Positions 1-9,835 of a DNA stretch of 64,000 nt are shown here, piece by piece (position 1 is the first letter of the stretch; the number at the start of each line of letters is the position of its first letter). Origin of the DNA: Vicinamibacteria bacterium (lineage in GTDB: Bacteria > Acidobacteriota > Vicinamibacteria > Marinacidobacterales > Marinacidobacteraceae); assembly GCA_963668695.2 (NCBI GenBank), contig CAXXLQ010000004.1, forward strand, positions 1,664,001 to 1,728,000. Reading direction: 5' to 3'. The notes beneath the pieces are model-generated. The model searched no databases and was not told the origin of the DNA. It saw nothing but the letters and a program-made list of their open reading frames with translations. Both the position numbers and the translations under genes were made by a program.

Positions 1-215
1 GCCTCGCGCCAACTCCGGGCCTGTTCGAGCCGCGCGCGCGGCAGATCGCCGAAGTTGCGGCGGAAGACCGAGATCGCGGTTTCGAGATTGCTGCCCTCGA
101 AGCAGCGGGCGCGCTCCCGCGGCGAGGGCCGCTCGGCCAGCGCGATCGCCAGCGCGGCGCTTTCGAGACCGATCTGCGGGGGTTGCTTGTCGGGCGTCGA
201 GGTGTGGTTCGTCAT
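1..215 (-). CDS. Hypothetical protein, 5' part only (runs off the window)
   Basis: ATG at 215 (minus strand) preceded by GGAG-AAAAAACCC; frame MTNHTSTPDKQPPQIGLESAALAIALAERPSPRERARCF... is open to the window edge. Confidence 0.6.
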   Translation of the reverse strand, partial: MTNHTSTPDKQPPQIGLESAALAIALAERPSPRERARCFEGSNLETAISVFRRNFGDLPRARLEQARSWRE

Positions 216-447
216 GGGTTTTTCTCCAGGAGTCCTTGCCGCCCGCCCGGGGGACGGGGCGGGCCGCGGCCTCTCCAAAGGTCTTGACGAAATTCGTGTT
301 GTCTTTGTCTCACCGCGCTGCCGTTTTCGCCCACTTCTGGCACGCGCTACTATCGGTGGCCGTTCGGATTTGCATCCGGAGTCTTCTCCAGGGCCGTCGC
401 CCGGGAAACAGCGAGAAATGGCCTGTTCATTGCATTCAACCGCAACG

Positions 448-882
448 ATGCTCCGGTCGCCGCTCTTGCGCCCCGTGGTGTCTACTACCGCGCTGCTCTT
501 CGTTGCGATCCTGGCGGTGGGAGGATCCGCCGCGGCCCAACCCGGCCCCGGCCGGGGGGCGACGGACCCCGCCGATGGCGAGCGGTCCGGCGAAGAGAAC
601 TCCTTCGGCGTCGAAGTCGCCAGCAAGGGCCTCTGGAAGGAAGCGGCCTACCGGTGGGAAAAGGCGGTACGGCTCGATCCGCAGAACGCGAAGGCTCGCA
701 ACAATCTCGCGGTTGCCTACGAGCGTTCCGGCAAGTTCGAGGAAGCGCTCGCCGCCTATGAGACCGCGCTTGGATTGCTTCCCAGCAACGAACAGATCCG
801 TCAGAACTACGAGTTGTTCCGCGAAGCCTACGAGCGCAAGAAGCGCAAGGACCGGGACGCCGCCCGCTCCCAGAGGCGTTAG
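448..882 (+). CDS. Secreted tetratricopeptide-repeat (TPR) protein
   Basis: Signal peptide then TPR-like helices WKEAAYRWEKAVRLDPQNAKARNNLAVAYERSGKFEEALAAYETAL; start at 448 or 418. Confidence 0.85.
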   Translation: MLRSPLLRPVVSTTALLFVAILAVGGSAAAQPGPGRGATDPADGERSGEENSFGVEVASKGLWKEAAYRWEKAVRLDPQNAKARNNLAVAYERSGKFEEALAAYETALGLLPSNEQIRQNYELFREAYERKKRKDRDAARSQRR

Positions 883-888
883 CAACCG

Positions 889-1692
889 GTGGGTCTCTCG
901 CGCTACCGCCAGTTCGCCTCGGGAGTCGCGCTCTTCCTGCTCGGCATCACCGCTTGCGCGTCCGGGCGCTACGTTGAGGTGCCCATCGAGATTCCGATCG
1001 ATGCCAAATTGGACCTTTCGGAATACGGTCGGGTTCTCGTAGGCAGCTTCGTCAGCCAGACCAACGAAAACCTCGATCTCGATTCGGAGACCTGGCGCCT
1101 GTTGCGGAACCAGCTCCGCCTGAACTCGCGGTTGGCCGTGATCGAGGCCGAGGTCGAGCCGCTGGGTGATTTTTCGGACGCGGCACTTGAGGCAAGCGGC
1201 CTCGCCGAGCAGTTCGATGACATGTCTGCCGAAGCGGTGGCGGTCGGCGACGGGGAGATTTCGCGTCAGGAGTGGATCGACCTGGAACAGGACAAGATCC
1301 TCGAGGACGAGGAGTACTGGCGGCGGCTCGGTGAGGAGTTCGAAGAACCCCTGATCATCAGCGGCCGGCTCCGGTTTGCCGCGGAGGAGCGCTCCGGATT
1401 CTCGCGTCGCGACCGGTACATCCGCGACAACTTCAACCGGCCCCGGCTGGTGCGCAGCACCCAGTTCCAGGAGCGAAGCGCCTATACCCTCACTGCCGAG
1501 TTCTATTTCATTGACGGCGCCAGCGGCCGCACGATCCATCGGGAGCGCTTCACCGAGGAGGTCATCTTCGGTCGGGACGAGGAGAGTTCGGCGCTCTCCT
1601 CCTATTTCGAGCTGATGGACCGCATCCTCCCGAATTTTCTGAGCGTGGTCACGCCGCAGACCTTCCGCGGCACCCGCATCCTGTTGCGCTGA
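889..1692 (+). CDS. Putative lipoprotein
   Basis: Hydrophobic N-terminus ending in lipobox-like ITAC; lies 6 nt after the TPR gene in an apparent operon. Confidence 0.8.
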   Translation: MGLSRYRQFASGVALFLLGITACASGRYVEVPIEIPIDAKLDLSEYGRVLVGSFVSQTNENLDLDSETWRLLRNQLRLNSRLAVIEAEVEPLGDFSDAALEASGLAEQFDDMSAEAVAVGDGEISRQEWIDLEQDKILEDEEYWRRLGEEFEEPLIISGRLRFAAEERSGFSRRDRYIRDNFNRPRLVRSTQFQERSAYTLTAEFYFIDGASGRTIHRERFTEEVIFGRDEESSALSSYFELMDRILPNFLSVVTPQTFRGTRILLR

Positions 1693-1732
1693 ACGCCCCA
1701 CTTTGTCCACGGACTGCCAAAGGAGAAGGCTC

Positions 1733-4700
1733 GTGACTCGCGACTCTTCGAAAGCCGGCCCCCCGGTCCGGACGCGGCTGGTCGTCGCCGCCCTGTGTGC
1801 GGTGCTCGGGATCGCCAGTACGGCCCCGGCGCAGTACTTCATCCCGTTCTTCGGAAAGAACAAAGTCAAGTACGACAAGCACGACTGGCAGGTGTATCGG
1901 TCGCCGCACTTCGACGTCTACTACTACCCCGAGATGGAGCAGGAGCTGGGCCGGCTGGTCAGCTACGCGGAGAGCGCCTACGAGACGATTTCCGACGAGT
2001 TGAAGCACGAGATCCCCTTTGCCATTCCGCTGATCCTCTACAAGACGTTTTCCGAGTTCGCGCAGACCAACCTCTCCCCTTCCGAGATCCCGGAAGGCGT
2101 CGGGGCGTTCGCGGAGTCCACGCGCGACCGGATGGTCATCCCGATCGACAATCCGCCCGACGAGCTCCAGGAACTCTTCCTCCACGAGCTGACCCACATC
2201 TTCGAGTTCGACATCGTGCCGCGGTCGCTCTTCCGGCAGACGGTGCCGCTCTGGATCGACGAGGGACTCGCCACGTACATGGAAAACGAGTGGGACCCGC
2301 TCGATCTGATGGTGATTCGGGACGCCGCCGTCTCCGACGAGATTCCCACGTTCGAGGCGCTGAACCAGGCCTTCGCCCGCACGCCGTATTCCTTCGGGGC
2401 GTCCATTTTCGACTTCATGGAGGAGCGTTTCGGAAAGGAGGGCGTCCGGCAGTTCGTGTTCTCGCTGCGCCGGGCCGTCACCGGCGGGGTCAGCGAGGAA
2501 GTATTCGAGCAGGCCTTCCGGATGCCGCGCGAGGAGTTCTACCGCGAGTACAAGCGCTGGATGAAGGAGCGGTTCAAGCCGTATCGGGACAAGGAGATTC
2601 CCGAGGACTACAGCGCGGACCTCTCACCGCGCGAGGGGCGCTACATCGGAGCGATTTCGGCGGCGCAGTCACCGTCCGGTGAAGTCATCGCGGTACTCGC
2701 GGGCAATCGCCGGGAGTCGGAATACGACGTGGTGCTGTTGTCCGCGAGAGACGGTGAGGTCATCCGGAACCTGACGCCCGGCTACGCCGGCGAGTTCATC
2801 AACGTGGTCGGGCTTACCGGCGAGGATCAGCTCATCGGGAGGAACCTCAGCTGGACACCGGACGGATCTCAGGTCGCCTTCTTCGGGCGGTTCCAGAAGC
2901 GCCGCGCTCTGTTGTTCGCGGATGTCATCAAATCCGACATCGTTCGGCGCATCGAGATTCCCCTCGATCGCGCCAAGTTCCCGCACGTGGGACCGGATGG
3001 CCAGTGGGTGTACTTCACCGCGCTCCGGGACGCAATTTCAGACGTCTATCGGGTGAACATCGCTACCGAAGAAATCGAGAACCTGACCCGCGACGACTTT
3101 CACGACAAGTTCCCCACCGTAAGCCCGGATGGCGAATGGGTCTATTACAGCCGGCGGATCAGCGGTTACGACAAGCTCTACCGCCTCCGGATCGCCACCG
3201 GCGAGAAGGAGCAGGTCACTTTCGGCACCTTCAACGATGTGGCCCCGATCTTCGCGCCCAACGGGCGCGACCTCGTCTATTCCTCGAATGAAGACGACGG
3301 GATCTTCAACATCCGCGCCCTGGACACCGAGACCGGCGACATCCTCCAGTACACCGATGTTCTCGGTGGGAATTTCGCGCCCAGCGTGATCGTCGATCCC
3401 GAGAGCGGCGAGGAGACGCTGTTGTTTACCAGCTACTACAAGGGGAACTGGGGCCTGCATACGCTGAGCATGGACGAGCCGGTGAAGGAGATCTTCGCCG
3501 ACACCATCGTCCGGACGCCGGGGCCGGTCATCGATTTCGTGCCGACCGTGAACCATCAGATCATCAGCGAAAACAAACGGGAAAAGGGTCGTTTCGAGAA
3601 GCTGTTCCTGGATGGGCCGCCTCCGATCACGGCCGGATTCACGAGTGATTTCGACTTCCTCGGCGGCACGGCAATTTCACTTTCGGACGTGTTGGGGGAC
3701 GACCGGCTTTCGTTCACCGCCTATTCCGTCCGTTCCTACCGCGTCTATAACGCTCAGTACGCCAACCTCTCGGGGCGGTTGCAGTACGCCTTTGAGGCGC
3801 ACGATCAGACGTCCTTCTTCTATCCCTACCTTCCCTACTACATCACGAGCTTCTGGTCGCGGGCGGACAGTATCGGCACGATTCGCTCCTCCGGCGCGTC
3901 GGCGCGGGCCCTTTACCCGTTGAGCCGATTCCGCCGGTTCGAGATGGGGATCGGCTATGACCACCAGAGTGCCGGCTTCGAGAACATCTATCTCCAACCG
4001 GGCGAGGATCCGCTGTTTCCCGATCAGTTCATCGACCAGTACAACGACTTCTACACGCGGATCTTCCCGAGTGGCCATCTCCTGCCGGCGCGTTTCTCGT
4101 TCGTGCAGGACACCATCCGCTTCCGTCAGCTCGGCCCGGCGGTGTTCCCGCAGGCCGGAAGCACGGTGTACGCGGGCATCGAGTGGTCCCCCGGTGGCGC
4201 CTTTCTTTCCCGCACCACGTTCAACCTCGACGCCCGCAAGTACCTCCAGGTCACGACCGCCAGCGTGCTGGCGGCGCGCCTCAAGTGGTTCCACAGTGCT
4301 GGCGACGCCCCCGGCTTCTTCTGGTTCGGCGGGAACGGCGAGCTCCGCGGCTACCCGCTCTATTCGTTCGTTGGGAACCGGGGCGGCCACGCCACCGTGG
4401 AGTTCCGCTTCCCGATCATCGACGCTGCCATCACCCCCTTGGGCCTCGTCGGACCGCTGCGCGGGAGTTTCTTTGTGGATGCGGGCGGCGCGGCGTACGC
4501 GGGGGAGGAACTCAGTCTCTATTCTTCGGAGCGGAGGGAGTCCCGGCTGGGCCAGCTCTGCGGCCCGCGTCAGAATGTCCTGTGTGTCTCCGAAGGGTTC
4601 GGCCTGGATGACTTCGTAGCTTCCTATGGATTTAACGCGCGCGTCTACTTCCTTGGGTTGCCCCTGAACTTCGCCTGGTCCAAGCGCACCGATTTCGCGA

Positions 4701-4750
4701 CGACGCTCGACGGTTGGAAGTTCGACTTCTGGATGGGCTGGCCGTTTTAA
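1733..4750 (+). CDS. BamA/Omp85-family outer-membrane protein with N-terminal zincin-like peptidase domain and TolB/PD40 propeller
   Basis: HELTH (HExxH) plus downstream EGLA; repeated SPDG/APNG PD40 blades; ELRGY (VRGY-like loop-6 motif); C-terminal aromatic beta-signal WMGWPF; start GTG 1733 or 1703. Confidence 0.85.
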   Translation: MTRDSSKAGPPVRTRLVVAALCAVLGIASTAPAQYFIPFFGKNKVKYDKHDWQVYRSPHFDVYYYPEMEQELGRLVSYAESAYETISDELKHEIPFAIPLILYKTFSEFAQTNLSPSEIPEGVGAFAESTRDRMVIPIDNPPDELQELFLHELTHIFEFDIVPRSLFRQTVPLWIDEGLATYMENEWDPLDLMVIRDAAVSDEIPTFEALNQAFARTPYSFGASIFDFMEERFGKEGVRQFVFSLRRAVTGGVSEEVFEQAFRMPREEFYREYKRWMKERFKPYRDKEIPEDYSADLSPREGRYIGAISAAQSPSGEVIAVLAGNRRESEYDVVLLSARDGEVIRNLTPGYAGEFINVVGLTGEDQLIGRNLSWTPDGSQVAFFGRFQKRRALLFADVIKSDIVRRIEIPLDRAKFPHVGPDGQWVYFTALRDAISDVYRVNIATEEIENLTRDDFHDKFPTVSPDGEWVYYSRRISGYDKLYRLRIATGEKEQVTFGTFNDVAPIFAPNGRDLVYSSNEDDGIFNIRALDTETGDILQYTDVLGGNFAPSVIVDPESGEETLLFTSYYKGNWGLHTLSMDEPVKEIFADTIVRTPGPVIDFVPTVNHQIISENKREKGRFEKLFLDGPPPITAGFTSDFDFLGGTAISLSDVLGDDRLSFTAYSVRSYRVYNAQYANLSGRLQYAFEAHDQTSFFYPYLPYYITSFWSRADSIGTIRSSGASARALYPLSRFRRFEMGIGYDHQSAGFENIYLQPGEDPLFPDQFIDQYNDFYTRIFPSGHLLPARFSFVQDTIRFRQLGPAVFPQAGSTVYAGIEWSPGGAFLSRTTFNLDARKYLQVTTASVLAARLKWFHSAGDAPGFFWFGGNGELRGYPLYSFVGNRGGHATVEFRFPIIDAAITPLGLVGPLRGSFFVDAGGAAYAGEELSLYSSERRESRLGQLCGPRQNVLCVSEGFGLDDFVASYGFNARVYFLGLPLNFAWSKRTDFATTLDGWKFDFWMGWPF

Positions 4751-4852
4751 CCCCAAGCGGTTCGGCGGCGGGGCCCGCGGCTGATTTCCTTGTCAGCCGT
4801 CCGTCAACCAGCCGCGGGCCCCGCCGCCGAACCGCCCGGCACTTCGTGCCGC

Positions 4853-4946
4853 GCTTCCGAAGTGCGGCGAGAGCCGCGCGGAGACCCCGGAGCAGGAGGG
4901 GTTGGGGTCGGGGGACCCGACTCCCAGCCGCTCCTGGCTCGGGAAT
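4853..4946 (+). repeat. Single diverged copy of the 90-bp repeat unit that is tandem-arrayed at 33796-34246
   Basis: gcttccg...cgcggagaccccggagc...ggggacccgactccc...tggctcgggaat aligns by eye with the array unit. Confidence 0.75.
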
Positions 4947-5051
4947 CGCAACTTCCTTGCGCGCCTGCGGCGCGCTGCGGCAAGTTCCGATTCGTAGTTG
5001 TTGTTTTGTGAAGGGGGGGGGCCCCTTTCACACTTTCCCCCCGGACACGCG

Positions 5052-5087
5052 GGCAGCGAACGAAGTTCGCTGCCGTTGGTTTTTTTC
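5052..5087 (+). terminator. Rho-independent terminator-like hairpin downstream of the BamA-like operon
   Basis: GGCAGCGAAC-GAA-GTTCGCTGCC stem followed by GTTGGTTTTTTT. Confidence 0.55.
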
Positions 5088-5127
5088 GTTCGGCAATGCG
5101 CCGCTTGCTTTCACGGTACGCGCGCAA

Positions 5128-5560
5128 GGGAACGCCGACCTCCGGGCTTGCTGTGAAAATGCAGTTGCGCCGAGCCCTCGACAGAGCAGATGGCGCACAG
5201 GCCCGGGAACGCCGGTGTTCACACCGGCACAGCGGCCCGCAGGGCCGCGGCGGCAGAGACCCCAACCGTCGGGATGGCGCCCGTCTCGGCGCGTACCTCT
5301 CGAGGGCAGGATGGCGCGCGACAGCGGAACCCCCACCGGGAGAACTGGGCTGGCCTCCGGCCGGCATCGCGCGGGAGCGCGAAACCTGTGGCGCTCGCGC
5401 CAGGCCCCGCCACGTGAGTGCCACGCCACCTTTTTCAGCTCCGCCCGCCTACGGCGAGCTACAGCGGTCTTGCTCTCCCGGTAGGGGCTTTCGGATCAGA
5501 CCGCCAGCGCTGCCCGGAGGGCAGCCAAGACCGACGTCGCCGGAGCAGATCCCGGCCTAC
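5128..5560. repeat. Cluster of REP-like palindromic elements, including an 18-nt oligo copy (5331-5348) and an inverted GTAG...CTAC pair (5481-5560)
   Basis: gggaacgccg...ccggca hairpins resemble 19764-19835, 56967-57045 and 61311-61340. Confidence 0.55.
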
Positions 5561-6261
5561 CCCAGCTCCTGGATCCACGACACCGCCTCGGGCGCGAGGC
5601 CTGGTCCGTCGTGTTTTACGTAGAGGTAGAGCGTTTCTACCTGGTCCCGGAGCCGGTTGAGCATCCCCGAAATCACCTTCCGCTCCTCCGGGCCGTATGG
5701 CGGGTCGCGGCGGAGGCGGACATAGGCGAAATCCGCGGTCACCGGGATTTCCGGATCCTCTTCGAGATCCGAGATCCCTGCGACAAGGGCTGCTCCGGCA
5801 CAGCGGCACAGGGTGCGGACCGCGTCGCACTGCCACGAGTCGTGCCGGAACTCGAGCGCGAAGCGGCCTCCCTTGGGAAGGCTTCCGAGGAAGCTCTCAA
5901 GCCGATCGTCGTCCCGGCGAAACCACGGCGGGCACTGAAAGAGGACCGGCCCGAGCCGGTCTCCGAGCGGCTCGAGTGCCTTGAGAAAGTGAATCACGGA
6001 TTCCTCGGTGTCCGCGAGCCGGGCCCGGTGGGTGATTCCCTGGTGCGCCTTGATCGCGAAGCGGAACGCGTCCGGCGTGCTCGCCGCCCACGAGGCCGCG
6101 AGTTCCGGTTTCGGGAAGCGCCGGAAGGTGTGATTCACCTCGACGCTCCGGAAGACGGAAGAGTAGTACGAAAGGAAATCGGCGGGTTTCGTCTTCTCGG
6201 GATAGAAGGTTCCCACCCACTCCCGGAAGCCGTAGCCGGACGTGCCGGCGAACAGTTTCAA
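5557..6261 (-). CDS. DUF72 family protein (YecE-like TIM barrel)
   Basis: GTSG, YPEK, VEVNHTF, LFQCPP, ALEFRH and YVRL motifs; TTG start overlaps the upstream TGA (TTGA). Confidence 0.9.
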   Translation of the reverse strand: MKLFAGTSGYGFREWVGTFYPEKTKPADFLSYYSSVFRSVEVNHTFRRFPKPELAASWAASTPDAFRFAIKAHQGITHRARLADTEESVIHFLKALEPLGDRLGPVLFQCPPWFRRDDDRLESFLGSLPKGGRFALEFRHDSWQCDAVRTLCRCAGAALVAGISDLEEDPEIPVTADFAYVRLRRDPPYGPEERKVISGMLNRLRDQVETLYLYVKHDGPGLAPEAVSWIQELG

Positions 6262-6704
6262 CTGCTCTCGAAGAGGCTTTCGAAGGCGGCCTTCGCGTCG
6301 CGGGCGGTGTCGAGCTTCCTGCCGGTCACATCGAGCATTTCCGTAGGGCGGAAGTGGAGACACTCGTTACCGGCCCACTTGTTCACGATGCGCTCGGGTA
6401 TGTCGGCCCGGCACTCGTACCGTTCCACTGGATCGAACAGCGCACAGTGCAGGCATGACCGAAGCGCCGTGTTGCAGGTGGGACAGGTCGAGCCGACGAC
6501 GATGGAAACCTCGCCCGTGGACCACTGATATCCGCAGCGGGCGCATCGAGTCACGATGGTGGCGCGGCGATCGCCGGCGAGTCGGAGCGTCCGCAGTTGT
6601 TCCGTGTTGCCGAGATCAGCGAGCCGCTCGTTGACCTCCCGCTGGAACCTGCGTTGCTCCTCGTCATCGCGTGGTTTGCGCTGTCCGCGGCGGCGGTACT
6701 TCAT
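6258..6704 (-). CDS. Cys-rich Zn-ribbon hypothetical protein
   Basis: CARC, CPTC and CLHC plus further Cys; C-terminal AKAAFESLF; translationally coupled to DUF72. Confidence 0.8.
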   Translation of the reverse strand: MKYRRRGQRKPRDDEEQRRFQREVNERLADLGNTEQLRTLRLAGDRRATIVTRCARCGYQWSTGEVSIVVGSTCPTCNTALRSCLHCALFDPVERYECRADIPERIVNKWAGNECLHFRPTEMLDVTGRKLDTARDAKAAFESLFESS

Positions 6705-6919
6705 TCGGAAGAAAGATCTACGTTGGATTCGGGGGATGGCTGGGTGGCCATCCGAAGCAATCGCGCAACGGGTGCGCGACACGTTGGCCAATCGGGATGC
6801 CCGGGACGACTCAACGGCGCTGAATCGCCGACAAAAAGAGCAGATCGAGGAGCGCTAGGGACGCGGGCATCGGCCCCGACTGCTGTTCCCGAAGCCTAAC
6901 ATGTCGAGAACATTCGCCG

Positions 6920-7744
6920 TCAAGTCTGGCACCGGGAGCAATAGAAGGACGAGCGGCCGGCAATCGGTATGCGGGCGATGACGCCCCGTCGGCAGTGGGA
7001 ACAGGTGGCCCCTTCGCGTCCGTAGACGAAAAAACGGGCCGAGGTGCTCCGGCGCCCGGCCTCGCCGTCGCTCAGGTAGAGGATTTCGGGAGTCCGGGTG
7101 TTCTCGATCGACCGCCGCAGCGTCCAGCGGATCGCGCGGTGGAGTTTTGCCGCTTCCCGATCTCCAAGCTCGACAGAGCTCCGAGCGGGGTGGATTCCCG
7201 CGCGCCAGAGAGCTTCGGCTGCCTGGATGTTGCCGATCCCGGCGATCCGGTCCTGGTCCATGAGGAGGGCCTTGACGGGGCGACGCGTGGCGCGGAGCAA
7301 GGCGGCCAGCCGCCTCGTGGTGAAAGCCGGCCCGAGTGGCTCCGGCCCGAGCCGGGCGAGTCTCTCCTCATCCCGGGGAAGGCACACCGAGAAGTGGCCG
7401 AAGCGCCGCTTGTCCGAAAAGACCACCCGGCGGTCGCGGGCGATCCCGAGCACCGCGCGGACGGCCGGTGGGTCCGCCTCACCGGATTGACGCAGCGCCC
7501 ACTTGCCGCTCATGCCGAGATGGCTCAGCAGTGCGGGGCCCCCACGGGCGAACTCGATGCGCAGGAACTTGCCGCGCCTCCGGACCGCCGAGACGATCTG
7601 ACCCTCGGCCGCCGCCCGAATGGCACTCTCCGTCTGACCCCGCCGGGTGAGCGGATCGGGAACCGCGACCTCGAGCAGGTGCTCCCCGGCGAGCCAGGAG
7701 GTCAGGTTTTCCCGGTTGGCTTCGGCTTCCGGCAGCTCAGGCAC
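6920..7744 (-). CDS. mutM: Formamidopyrimidine-DNA glycosylase (Fpg/Nei family)
   Basis: N-terminal PELPE, RRGK, HLGMSG, GIGNI H2TH motif, C-terminal CxxC...CxxCQ zinc finger. Confidence 0.95.
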   Translation of the reverse strand: MPELPEAEANRENLTSWLAGEHLLEVAVPDPLTRRGQTESAIRAAAEGQIVSAVRRRGKFLRIEFARGGPALLSHLGMSGKWALRQSGEADPPAVRAVLGIARDRRVVFSDKRRFGHFSVCLPRDEERLARLGPEPLGPAFTTRRLAALLRATRRPVKALLMDQDRIAGIGNIQAAEALWRAGIHPARSSVELGDREAAKLHRAIRWTLRRSIENTRTPEILYLSDGEAGRRSTSARFFVYGREGATCSHCRRGVIARIPIAGRSSFYCSRCQT

Positions 7745-7777
7745 GCGGTATATCGCGGGACTTGCCGGGACCCTGGA

Positions 7778-9721
7778 CTATCCGCCGTTCACGATTTCGC
7801 TGACGGCGCGGTGGGCTTCATCGATGGCGGCCTGCGTGTACGCGTAGGCCCCGGCATCGGAGTTTGCGATGTGGACCCGCCCGAAGGGCTTCCGGCCAAT
7901 CTCGTTCGGGGCCTCCCCGGGGGCGAACGGCGGATCCCAGAGGGAGTTGTATTCGAACGCGTACCCGTGCGGCCAGCGGTTCACGGTTAGCCCGAGGATG
8001 TCGCGGGCCGGGTCGAAACCCCCGGGAGCGAGAGCCCGGGCGAGCTGGCTGCGGGTTTCGCGTTCGAAGGTCTCGAAGCTCATCTGCAACAGGTCGTGCT
8101 GTCCGGCCTGATGCTGGACGCGGGCGCTCGCCCCCGGCAGACACGGTGTGCGCACCGCGTGCAGCACGACGAGGTCCTCGGGGCCGCTCGAGAAGGCATA
8201 ACCCCCGATGCTCACCGGGAAATCGAGCGACACGCTGGCGTGGAATCCTGCCGGGAAGTAGATGCCCGAAGCACCGGCGGCGACGAAGGAAGTCCAATTG
8301 CGGATCAGCACGTTCGAATAGACGAGAGGCACCTTCGGCGGGTAGGCGAGCGCTTCACGCTGCTCCTCGGGGAGTTCCGGCAACAGGTAGGGAATCACCC
8401 GGTTGTAACAAGCGAGCACGATGTGGCGGGCGCCGACCCGGACCTCGTTTCCGTCCTGGACGTAGGTCACGCTTCCCTCACCGCCCGCTCCGTTGCGCAC
8501 CCGCACCGCGGTGCTGTTCAGCCGGATCCGGCACGGCGAGTCCGGACGGTCCAGCGCACCGTAGTCGAGACGCGCCAACACGATGTCCTCCCCGGTGTTG
8601 CCGGCCGCTGCCGCCGGCACCAGCTTTCGCACCAGCAGGCGGGCGATGGTGGCGCTTCCGTCCGGGAAGTGGAAGATGTAAGGATCCGGACTTGCGTTCG
8701 GTTTCGCGGTGAGGCTGAGGCGAGGGTGGTCTTCCCTGGCGAGACCCAGGTCCTGAAAGCCTGGGTAGCCGAGCGACCAGAGGTCGAGAGCGGGAACCCC
8801 GTCCGGGCCCATCCCGAACAATCCGTGGGTCCGCTGGCGGTAGAGCGCCTGGATTTCGGCGCCCATTCCGAGCGCCTCGAGGAAGGCCTCGTAGCTGGCG
8901 GCTGCCAACCGTTCCTTTTTGGCCGCTTCACCGAGTTCGGGCCAGGGATCGCCGGGCGCCTCGTTCAGGCGAACGAAATCCGACCGCCCGGCTTCGCTCA
9001 GCGGCGCCTCGGCGGCGAACTCCCCGGCGGGACGCCGGCCCATACCGGTCACCAGACGGTCCTCCCCGAAATCCTCGCTTCCGAAGAAGACCGCGTTCTG
9101 CAACCCGTGCGATCGGTAGAGCTCGCGGTCGAAGGCGGTGGAAAAAAGATCGAGATCGACACCCAGATCGTCCAGCAGACCGTGGACCGCCGGGCTGAAG
9201 GTAGAGGGCGAGTCGAGCGACTGGGTTCCGCCGTAGCCGAGCACGGTGCGGCCCTCGTGGGTGAACTCGTTCCGCTTCGCGTGTCCTCCGAAGTCGTCGT
9301 GGTTGTCGAGCACCAGGATGCGGGCATTGGGGCCGAAGGCCTTTCGGTAGAACCAGGCAGCGCTCAAGCCGCTGATGCCGCCACCGACCACCACCAGATC
9401 GAACTGCCCACCGTCCACCGCGCCCGAGTCGTCCCAGGGACCGGTATTCGCGACGCGGTCGCGCAGTTCATGGGCCACCTCGAAGGAACCGGGGTGGCTG
9501 CCCCGCAGTCCGGTCAGCGCCGGTGGATAGGGGCCACTCGGCCCGGGCGTCGTGCAGGCTCCCAGCAGCCATCCGGAAGCTCCGGGAAGCGTGAGCGCAC
9601 CGAGGCCCAACGGAATCCCGTTCAGGAAGTCCCTCCGGCTGATTCCTCGCTCCATCCCGAGCTCGCGGTCACGGTTCCGGGTCTCGCCGGCTGAATGCGT
9701 GGAGTCTCGATTCCTTGGCAT
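7778..9721 (-). CDS. Tat-exported FAD-dependent oxidoreductase, spermidine dehydrogenase (SpdH)-like
   Basis: SRRDFL Tat motif; YPPALTGLRGSHPGSF; GGGISG; DNHDDFGGHAKRNEF; VNRWPHGYA. Confidence 0.85.
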   Translation of the reverse strand: MPRNRDSTHSAGETRNRDRELGMERGISRRDFLNGIPLGLGALTLPGASGWLLGACTTPGPSGPYPPALTGLRGSHPGSFEVAHELRDRVANTGPWDDSGAVDGGQFDLVVVGGGISGLSAAWFYRKAFGPNARILVLDNHDDFGGHAKRNEFTHEGRTVLGYGGTQSLDSPSTFSPAVHGLLDDLGVDLDLFSTAFDRELYRSHGLQNAVFFGSEDFGEDRLVTGMGRRPAGEFAAEAPLSEAGRSDFVRLNEAPGDPWPELGEAAKKERLAAASYEAFLEALGMGAEIQALYRQRTHGLFGMGPDGVPALDLWSLGYPGFQDLGLAREDHPRLSLTAKPNASPDPYIFHFPDGSATIARLLVRKLVPAAAAGNTGEDIVLARLDYGALDRPDSPCRIRLNSTAVRVRNGAGGEGSVTYVQDGNEVRVGARHIVLACYNRVIPYLLPELPEEQREALAYPPKVPLVYSNVLIRNWTSFVAAGASGIYFPAGFHASVSLDFPVSIGGYAFSSGPEDLVVLHAVRTPCLPGASARVQHQAGQHDLLQMSFETFERETRSQLARALAPGGFDPARDILGLTVNRWPHGYAFEYNSLWDPPFAPGEAPNEIGRKPFGRVHIANSDAGAYAYTQAAIDEAHRAVSEIVNGG

Positions 9722-9835
9722 CTCGCTGCCAATCTTCCCACGCCCGGACGAGGTGCAAGACGAGGTGAAACTCGCCACCCTCCGGATTGTCCGGTAAATT
9801 GGGCGTTCCCTTTAGCCTTACCGGAGGCTTGTTCC

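Noticed and set aside
4714-5484. 256-aa ORF after the BamA-like gene
   Set aside because: Arg/Pro-rich translation across repeats and hairpins; not credible as a protein
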